IMG/VR virus record: IMGVR_UViG_3300033121_001133
Coordinates: 64,001-128,000 of that record
Strand: one strand, 5' to 3'
From: a virus
Lineage: Duplodnaviria > Caudoviricetes
DNA length: 64,000 nt
Positions 57,687 to 64,000 of the stretch are shown piece after piece. Below the pieces are notes generated by a model. It saw only the letters and a program-made list of their open reading frames with translations. It was not told where the DNA came from and ran no database searches. Each line of letters opens with the position of its first letter. Within the stretch, counting starts at the first letter, position 1. Made by a program: the position numbers and the translations under genes.

Positions 57687-58489
57687 GACCATTCTTCATC
57701 GACACCGCCAATACTAAATACATCGAGACTTTGTGGGAGCAACTGCAATCCCATGTAGATCCTCAAAATGTTGTTGGAGTTACAACCAACCCCAATGCAT
57801 TCTTGAAGACCTCGGATCTCACTCTACCACAGTGGTTTAGTCGAACTAAGGAACTATGCAAGCTGGTAACCCAGATTAGAGGAGATGATCGAGGTGTAGT
57901 ATACATACAGGGTCCTAGCTCTAAGATGACGCCACAAGGTACTTTGGATTACGCTAAGAGGGTGAGGGAGCTTGGTGATGGTCAGACCAAAGTAGGTCTG
58001 AAGATACCTCCATACAAGGACATACTGAGGATTGTACCCCAGCTATCGACAATTGTTGATGTCAATGTCACTGGTGTTGCTGACGCAGGAACAGCCCTGA
58101 GGTGTGCATCGTATGGGGTGCGCTATGTTAGCGTTATACCAGGTAGAATGGAGGAAGCTGGAATTGATGCACCACGTCAAATTGACTATATTCGGAGCGC
58201 CAATCTATTTGGTACTGATATTATTGCTGGTAGCATGAGGACCATCGCAGGTCTGAAGTGGACCATTGAATATGGTACAGTTCCCACTATTGGAGAGAGG
58301 GTGTGGAACTTACTGCTGGAGTCTCCAGCAGCTTTGGAGATGATTGCATCTTTGGAAGTTAAGTCAGACTTTCCGGCATCAGAGTTTTGTCCTGTAATCG
58401 ATAGCCGTAGTTTTAAGCTATCACATGCGTTCTTCCAGCAGATGGATCAATGTGGACAACAAGCAGCTGAATCACTATGGACACTGTAG
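57683..58489 (+). CDS. Transaldolase / fructose-6-phosphate-aldolase-family protein
   Basis: FFIDTAN, GVTTNP, KIP (Schiff-base Lys), NVT, Y.S...GR, I.AGS.R. Confidence 0.8.
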   Translation: MRPFFIDTANTKYIETLWEQLQSHVDPQNVVGVTTNPNAFLKTSDLTLPQWFSRTKELCKLVTQIRGDDRGVVYIQGPSSKMTPQGTLDYAKRVRELGDGQTKVGLKIPPYKDILRIVPQLSTIVDVNVTGVADAGTALRCASYGVRYVSVIPGRMEEAGIDAPRQIDYIRSANLFGTDIIAGSMRTIAGLKWTIEYGTVPTIGERVWNLLLESPAALEMIASLEVKSDFPASEFCPVIDSRSFKLSHAFFQQMDQCGQQAAESLWTL

Positions 58490-59568
58490 TAGTTACCGGT
58501 TGTGGGGGTTTGATTGGTCTGGAAGCCGCTGAGTTCTTTCTTTCTAAGGGATTGAGGGTTGTGGGGATCGACAATAACCTCAGAGAGTATTTTTTTGGTC
58601 AAGATGGTTCAGTCGAGTCTAACTTAGACAAGCTCAGACAGCTGCCCAACTTCCACTTACATTATGTGGACATTAGGGATAGAGCCAATTTAGAGTCCAT
58701 ATTCTCAGTAAGGGCTGGAGACATCAAGGCAGTCATTCATACCGCGGCTCAACCATCGCATGATTGGGCAGTCAAGGAGCCTCTAACGGACTTCAACGTT
58801 AACGCTACCGGAACACTTAACCTACTAGAGTTAACTCGCAAGTACGCTCCTAAAGCTACCTTTATCTTCACTTCAACTAACAAGGTGTATGGGGACAGCC
58901 CAAATCAACTACCCCTATTAGAGTTAGAGTCTAGATACGAGATTGACTACAACCACCCATATTTCTGTGGTATACCTGAGACACATACTATTGACCAAAG
59001 CAAGCACAGTCTATTTGGCTGCTCAAAGCTCGCAGCGGACATCTACGTACAAGAGTATGGTAGGTACTTTGGGATGAACACTGTAGTATTCCGTGGGGGA
59101 TGTCTAACAGGATCAAAGCATCGTGGAGCTGAACTTCATGGCTTTCTAAATTACCTAGTCAAGTGTGCCATCGAAGGAAAGACCTACACCATCCATGGCT
59201 ACAAAGGCAAGCAGGTAAGGGATAACATACACTCCAGCGACCTGGTTGCAGCATTTTATGAGGTGTACCAAAGCCCTAGATCTGGAGAAGTCTACAACAT
59301 CGGCGGAGGACGTGATTCTAATTGCTCTGTGTTGGAGGCTATCGAAATGATCGAACAGACCGTGGGAACTACGATGAAGATTGTGTATAGTGATACTAAC
59401 CGGAGCGGGGATCATCAATGGTGGATTAGTGATACAGCTAAGTTCCAACGACACTACCCTAATTGGAGTTGCAAATACAGCATCAAGGGCATTATAGAGG
59501 AGTTAGTAGCAAACTACAAGCATGAGCAACTACCAGTCTCAGTTTCAGCAGGACAGGATTCTGAATGA
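58477..59568 (+). CDS. NAD-dependent epimerase (CDP-paratose 2-epimerase-like)
   Basis: [50 protein letters not shown]. Confidence 0.88.
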   Translation: MDTVVVTGCGGLIGLEAAEFFLSKGLRVVGIDNNLREYFFGQDGSVESNLDKLRQLPNFHLHYVDIRDRANLESIFSVRAGDIKAVIHTAAQPSHDWAVKEPLTDFNVNATGTLNLLELTRKYAPKATFIFTSTNKVYGDSPNQLPLLELESRYEIDYNHPYFCGIPETHTIDQSKHSLFGCSKLAADIYVQEYGRYFGMNTVVFRGGCLTGSKHRGAELHGFLNYLVKCAIEGKTYTIHGYKGKQVRDNIHSSDLVAAFYEVYQSPRSGEVYNIGGGRDSNCSVLEAIEMIEQTVGTTMKIVYSDTNRSGDHQWWISDTAKFQRHYPNWSCKYSIKGIIEELVANYKHEQLPVSVSAGQDSE

Positions 59569-60169
59569 TCACTTCTTTCATAATAGGAGAGGAGGTGTAT
59601 TTGTAGATATAGGAGCTCACGATGGTAAGACCCTAAGCAATACTTACTTCTTTGAGAAGGAGTTGGGTTGGACAGGGTTGTGTGTAGAGCCCTTGCCATC
59701 AGTATTTGAGCAGCTCAAGGCTAATCGCGATTGCTTAGTGGTTAATGGATGTGCTTGGAATCAAGACACTGTTAAGACTTTTCGATCAATTGAAGGCTAC
59801 TCAGAGATGTTGAGTGGGTTAGTGGATACCTACCCCAATCAACACATTAACAGGATTGATCAAGAGGTTGAAGCTCATGGAGGAAAGGTAGTGGATCTTG
59901 AGGTAACGTGCTACAACATCAACTCTCTATTGCTGAAGCACAAGCTAACTGAGATTGATCTGATCAGTATTGACGTAGAGGGTAGTGAGCTAGAGATTCT
60001 TGCTGCTATCGACTACGATCAGATCAAGGTTAACATAGTGTTGGCTGAGAATAACTACGAAGACGACAACCTACGGAGCTTCATGCAGAGCATGGGTTTT
60101 GATCCAGTCGGTAGGATCGAGATCGATGATGTGTTCGCTAGAATAGGATGGGATCATACCACCAAGTAA
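59522..60169 (+). CDS. FkbM-family methyltransferase
   Basis: [13 protein letters not shown]...[16 protein letters not shown]. Confidence 0.88.
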   Translation: MSNYQSQFQQDRILNDHFFHNRRGGVFVDIGAHDGKTLSNTYFFEKELGWTGLCVEPLPSVFEQLKANRDCLVVNGCAWNQDTVKTFRSIEGYSEMLSGLVDTYPNQHINRIDQEVEAHGGKVVDLEVTCYNINSLLLKHKLTEIDLISIDVEGSELEILAAIDYDQIKVNIVLAENNYEDDNLRSFMQSMGFDPVGRIEIDDVFARIGWDHTTK

Positions 60170-60801
60170 TGGAGATACAGTACATACAGCAAAGGCTTCA
60201 GTCAATCGCCAACCCGATCATCTTTGACATTGGTGCATGCAACTTTGATGATAGTATGGCATTCAAGAGTGCATTTCCAAATGCTACTGTGATTGCCTTC
60301 GAGCCCGATCAGGATAACCTAGACGACTACGCTAGCAAAGCCTATGATGTGGGAATCTCAATCGCTCCAATTGCACTATCCGATCAGGATGGTGCAACTA
60401 CCTTCTTTCCTAGTGACAACCTCAACGGAAAGGTGTGGCGGTACTCAGGTTCTATAATGAAGCCTAGGATGAAGCCCGGTAGTAGAGAGGGTGTTAATCA
60501 CCCTGGACTGCTATTCGATGATAAAGGCTACGAAGTACAGACTGTGCGTCTTGATACTTTCTGTAAGCTGAATTCAATCAACCGAATTGACCATATTCAC
60601 ATCGATGTACAAGGCGCTGAGATGAAGGTTCTCAGTGCAATGGGCGATCTGAGGCCTCAAACCATCTTTGCAGAGACTTGTGAGTTTGATACCTACGAAA
60701 CTGGAGTTACATTAGAGTCATTTGATGCCTTCATGCAACAACTAGGTTATCGAGTGGAGAGGAGGTTTGAGTACGACACACTATACGAGTATGGAAAATA
60801 G
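60169..60801 (+). CDS. FkbM-family methyltransferase
   Basis: FDIGA, AFEP, RLD, HIDVQGAE. Confidence 0.85.
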   Translation: MEIQYIQQRLQSIANPIIFDIGACNFDDSMAFKSAFPNATVIAFEPDQDNLDDYASKAYDVGISIAPIALSDQDGATTFFPSDNLNGKVWRYSGSIMKPRMKPGSREGVNHPGLLFDDKGYEVQTVRLDTFCKLNSINRIDHIHIDVQGAEMKVLSAMGDLRPQTIFAETCEFDTYETGVTLESFDAFMQQLGYRVERRFEYDTLYEYGK

Positions 60802-61588
60802 GTTCAAGATCGTTATACCCTCCTACAATAACCAGGAGTGGGTTGAGTATAACCTAGCAAGCATACTCAATCAAACCTACACCAACTATGAGGTGCTGTA
60901 TATCGATGACGCTTCAACTGACAATACCCTAGACAAGGTCAAGGAGATTGTAGGTAACCTCCCTAACTGGAAGGTGGTAAGCAATCCAGTTAATATGAAG
61001 AGAGGGTTCAATATATCTCCTCAGAACCCTCACATAGTTTCGTTGATGAAGCACGACAGCGATATATTAGTGTTCGTTGATGGTGATGATTGGTTAGCAG
61101 ACAACTACGTACTTGAGAATCTCAACCGATTCTACAACAGAGAGAGCCCATGGATGACTTATGGTCGGTATGTGGATTATCCAGAGTATACCTACCCCTC
61201 AACGCAAAATACCGCCTATCCAGAGCACGTCCACGCTAACAAGCTCTACCGTAAGGATGTGTGGCGAGCCTCTCACCTTAGAACATTCAAATGGTTCCTA
61301 TACCGGCAAATCAAGCCCGAAAGTCAAAGAATCCACCAAGTAGGCAACTACTACTACCATGCAGAGGATCTCGCTACTACCTTCCCTTGCTTAGAGATGT
61401 GCCCTCCGGAAAAGATTGGAGTTCTAGATTTTGTTGCGTATGTTTTCAACAACACTAAGGGCAATAGTGCAAGGTCGCAGGAACGTACACACAAGGCTGA
61501 GAATGAGGGCCTTGAGTGGGAGATCCGATCAGCTACCCCCTATCCAACACTAAATGAGAATCAGCTTCATTATACCCTCCCGCAATAA
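60791..61588 (+). CDS. GT2-family glycosyltransferase
   Basis: IPSYN, IDDASTD, VDGDDW, SHLRTF. Confidence 0.88.
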   Translation: MENRFKIVIPSYNNQEWVEYNLASILNQTYTNYEVLYIDDASTDNTLDKVKEIVGNLPNWKVVSNPVNMKRGFNISPQNPHIVSLMKHDSDILVFVDGDDWLADNYVLENLNRFYNRESPWMTYGRYVDYPEYTYPSTQNTAYPEHVHANKLYRKDVWRASHLRTFKWFLYRQIKPESQRIHQVGNYYYHAEDLATTFPCLEMCPPEKIGVLDFVAYVFNNTKGNSARSQERTHKAENEGLEWEIRSATPYPTLNENQLHYTLPQ

Positions 61589-62795
61589 CCTACGTTACTT
61601 GCAGCAGGCCGTTGCTTCAATACAAGCGTGCTATGGTGATAGCCACGATATAGTGCTACTAGATGATGCTTCCACTGATGGAACCTGGGAGTGGATCAAG
61701 AGCCTTCAAGGGGCCAATATAATCAAGTACGGAAACATAGGTCCAGAGCGAGTTGGTCACACCATCCTGTACGACAAGGGAGTGGAGCTATCGAGGACCA
61801 AAGTGTTCACTATCTTCCATGCAGATATGATCACTACTCCCAACCACATACCCAACATGCTTAAGCATTTGAAGCGATATCATGTGGTTTGTGCAACCAG
61901 GGTGGAGCCACCACTTCACCCCCCAGGCCCAGAGAAACATGTTAAGATGTTTGGTCTAGAGCCTGAGGAGTTCAAGCAGGATCAGTTCATGCAGTTTGTT
62001 GCGCAAGAAGAGATTACTAAGCAAGACCGAGTCACTAAGGGCATCTTCGCTCCATGGTGCATGTACAAGAAGGACTTCGCCGCCATAGGAGGGCATGATC
62101 CTCTATTTGCACCAATGGAGCTGGAAGACTCCGACATCTTTAACAGAATGTATTTAGCTGGCTATAAGCTAATACAATCTTGGGACTCGCTGGTATACCA
62201 CATGACTTGTCGTGGAAGTAGGTTCAAGGGTGGATTGGAGATCGAGGCTGAGATTCCTCTCCCAGATGGTACTACCTGGTATAAGCCTAAAGACTCGGAG
62301 GAATACAAAGCTCTTCGAGCAATTAAGTTTCGAGAGTGGTGGAGAAAATGGGGATCTAATGTACTACACGATCAGTTTATGATGCCGATTGTTGCTCCTA
62401 AGTATGACATCGGATTCTATGTGGAGCACTGCACTGAGGATAAGCTGAGATTACTAGAGCCTTGGTGTTCGACGATCCATACCGATGAGCCATGGTACAA
62501 CTACCGAATCAAAGAGCAGCCAAATACCAAATTCGATCTCTACAAGAGGATACAGTCTACGGCTACTCTGCCAAGTAATGAGATTGTGGTGTATTTTGAT
62601 GCACAGCAATTAGCTGCACGGAGCTGGGAGATCATTCAAAATCTAGGAGCAATTATTGAATCCAGTGGTACGATCGGACTGTTTCAGCTGGATATATTCC
62701 AAGTCGAGATCAAGGGTATGACCCGCCACGAACAAGATCTAATTGTATGCGATACTACATCCTACTACCAGGAGACAGAGAAGAGGACTGTGTGA
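61554..62795 (+). CDS. GT2-family glycosyltransferase
   Basis: IPSRN, DDASTDGT, HADM, GG.D..F...EDSD, VYH...RGSR. Confidence 0.85.
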   Translation: MRISFIIPSRNNLRYLQQAVASIQACYGDSHDIVLLDDASTDGTWEWIKSLQGANIIKYGNIGPERVGHTILYDKGVELSRTKVFTIFHADMITTPNHIPNMLKHLKRYHVVCATRVEPPLHPPGPEKHVKMFGLEPEEFKQDQFMQFVAQEEITKQDRVTKGIFAPWCMYKKDFAAIGGHDPLFAPMELEDSDIFNRMYLAGYKLIQSWDSLVYHMTCRGSRFKGGLEIEAEIPLPDGTTWYKPKDSEEYKALRAIKFREWWRKWGSNVLHDQFMMPIVAPKYDIGFYVEHCTEDKLRLLEPWCSTIHTDEPWYNYRIKEQPNTKFDLYKRIQSTATLPSNEIVVYFDAQQLAARSWEIIQNLGAIIESSGTIGLFQLDIFQVEIKGMTRHEQDLIVCDTTSYYQETEKRTV

Positions 62796-62983
62796 ATGAA
62801 GTCAACCAGCTAGGAGAGTTGAGCCTTGGAACTTTCTATACAAGGCAAGGTATGCAGGTACTAAATAACATAGTCAATTCCGAGCCTGCGCTGCTGAACT
62901 ATATTAGACTGCAGGATGAGTCGGGAAGACAGCTGACTTTGGAGCACTTTTTTGAGAGCATATCTGATGCAAGGATTCGTTAA
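62747..62983 (+). CDS. Hypothetical protein
   Basis: Co-oriented small ORF. Confidence 0.5.
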   Translation: MRYYILLPGDREEDCVNEVNQLGELSLGTFYTRQGMQVLNNIVNSEPALLNYIRLQDESGRQLTLEHFFESISDARIR

Positions 62984-62998
62984 TCCAATACAATATGA

Positions 62999-63008
62999 CT
63001 ATTTATAG
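62999..63008 (+). promoter_or_regulatory. Late-type promoter motif CTATTTATAG
   Basis: Exact match; implies the gene starts at ATG 63022 rather than 62995. Confidence 0.55.
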
Positions 63009-63021
63009 CAAACCTTCTGTG

Positions 63022-63531
63022 ATGAGGATTGTAGTGCTACCGGTTCAAGGTGCCAAACCAGAAACCTACTCCATTCAGGTGGTGGATGGAGATCGGGTGG
63101 TGCACAGTGAGCAAGCCGAGGGCATATCTCAGAGAGATAGGTTGATATGGCAATTGGCTGATCTCTACGATGTGCCTGATGTAGTGTTAGATCCAAGCCT
63201 CAATCCGATCGCTGCTGAGGTGTCATCTGAACTGCAGGAATTCAAGTTCTCTGAGATTCCCTCCATTCCAGTGCTTCAGGAGGATGAAGCCGAGGCTTTC
63301 TTTGAGAGCAATCAAAGAATCATCTACGATAGGATGATTCAAGCCGTTGCGGAGGCAGTTAGTGTCAATCGCAGCTTCATCAGGTTGTTTGAGCTTAATG
63401 GGACCGGAGTATACTTGACCTCTCAACGAGGTGCTTGGAAGGCTGGACTGAATCAGGCTATGGAGTACTTCCTAAGCAAAGAGGACTATGAGCGGTGTGG
63501 TACAATCAAGCAGCTATTAGCTAAGGTGTAA
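63022..63531 (+). CDS. Hypothetical protein with C-terminal UVR-like motif
   Basis: Ends AMEYF...EDYERC..IK.LL. Confidence 0.55.
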   Translation: MRIVVLPVQGAKPETYSIQVVDGDRVVHSEQAEGISQRDRLIWQLADLYDVPDVVLDPSLNPIAAEVSSELQEFKFSEIPSIPVLQEDEAEAFFESNQRIIYDRMIQAVAEAVSVNRSFIRLFELNGTGVYLTSQRGAWKAGLNQAMEYFLSKEDYERCGTIKQLLAKV

Positions 63532-63544
63532 ACTATAAGTCGCT

Positions 63545-64000
63545 ATGTTACGAAGGGGTCGTACTGCAACATTACTTCAGTCTCAGATCGAGCACGCTAT
63601 GAAGGTTACCCGATCCAATCGGAAAGCTGCTGAATATCTGAGAGTGAGCTATCCTCTATACTGCAGGTTTGCTAAGACCTATAGAAACAAGGACGGCGTT
63701 TCTCTTTTCGATGCCCATAAGAACCAAGCGGGCAGGGGGATATCAAAACAAATGCCCTCAACTCGAAGGTATCACTTAGACGACATTCTCAAAGGCAAAC
63801 ATCCCAGCTATCCTACTGAAAAGCTGTTGCGAAGGTTGATTGTTAGTGGGTATATTGTTGAGCAGTGTAACCACTGCGGATACAATCAGAAGCGGCCTAC
63901 AGATCAAGCCACTCCTCTACTACTACACCATGTAGATGGGAACACAAGCAACCACGTGTCTTCTAACCTAGAACTACTATGCTACAACTGCTACTTCATG
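63545..64000 (+). CDS. HNH-domain protein, 3'-truncated (absent from the ORF track)
   Basis: Open from ATG 63545 to the window end: N-terminal HTH-like AAEYLRVSY, C..CGY, LLLHHVDGN..N....NLELLCYNC. Confidence 0.8.
   Translation, partial: MLRRGRTATLLQSQIEHAMKVTRSNRKAAEYLRVSYPLYCRFAKTYRNKDGVSLFDAHKNQAGRGISKQMPSTRRYHLDDILKGKHPSYPTEKLLRRLIVSGYIVEQCNHCGYNQKRPTDQATPLLLHHVDGNTSNHVSSNLELLCYNCYFM

Noticed and set aside
45281-62795. Glycan locus as host chromosomal DNA (prophage boundary or chimeric assembly)
   Set aside because: Same strand, codon style and promoter classes as the phage genes, contains a late-motif endonuclease cassette, and is followed by more phage-type genes.
153-63426. All other minus-strand and nested short ORFs in the track
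   Set aside because: They fully overlap well-supported + strand genes and show no recognisable domains or promoter motifs.
1-64000. Stop-codon reassignment, introns or inteins
   Set aside because: Conserved genes (nrdJ, polA, dnaB, recA, groEL, sheath) are full length and uninterrupted in the standard code, and TAA, TAG and TGA all end genes.
1-64000. tRNA genes, CRISPR arrays, integrase/att sites
   Set aside because: Intergenic gaps are short and none shows a cloverleaf or spaced repeats. The Cas4-like nuclease is a stand-alone phage exonuclease.

Overview
This window is a 64-kb segment of a large, lytic, contractile-tailed (T4-like organisation) dsDNA phage. Essentially all credible genes are on the + strand. 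In order: (1) a neck, tail and baseplate module (1-17.5 kb) with neck proteins, tail terminator, sheath, tube, a tail-assembly-chaperone pair joined by a T7 slippery run, tape measure and baseplate genes; (2) a replication block with an atypical short family-A polymerase, gp32-like SSB, RecA/UvsX, 5'-3' exonuclease, DnaB, class II RNR, GH19 endolysin and dUTPase; (3) a 7-deazaguanine DNA-modification cluster (QueE, QueD, a second T-fold DpdL-like protein, FolE, a TGT/DpdA-like transglycosylase, plus a nucleotide kinase and a second dUTPase-fold protein; no QueC in the window); (4) a full-length PolA, GroES/GroEL, nucleases and an M15 peptidase; (5) a ~17.5-kb glycan-biosynthesis cluster that also contains RibB and a transaldolase-family protein. 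Two promoter classes can be read directly from the DNA. One is a sigma70-like TTG-N17/18-TAnnnT class, often nearly leaderless. The other is a late-type (C/A)TA(T/C)TTAT motif. Several late genes embedded in early regions (two homing-type endonucleases, a metallopeptidase, an ADP-ribosyltransferase-like protein, a restriction-like nuclease) have this motif inside the loop of a hairpin that buries their start region. Many of these late genes also share an N-terminal (I/L)-x-E leader, suggesting a dispersed, capsid-packaged effector set. No tRNA, rRNA, CRISPR array, integrase or intein was seen. All functional calls come from motif recognition by eye; no database searches were run.
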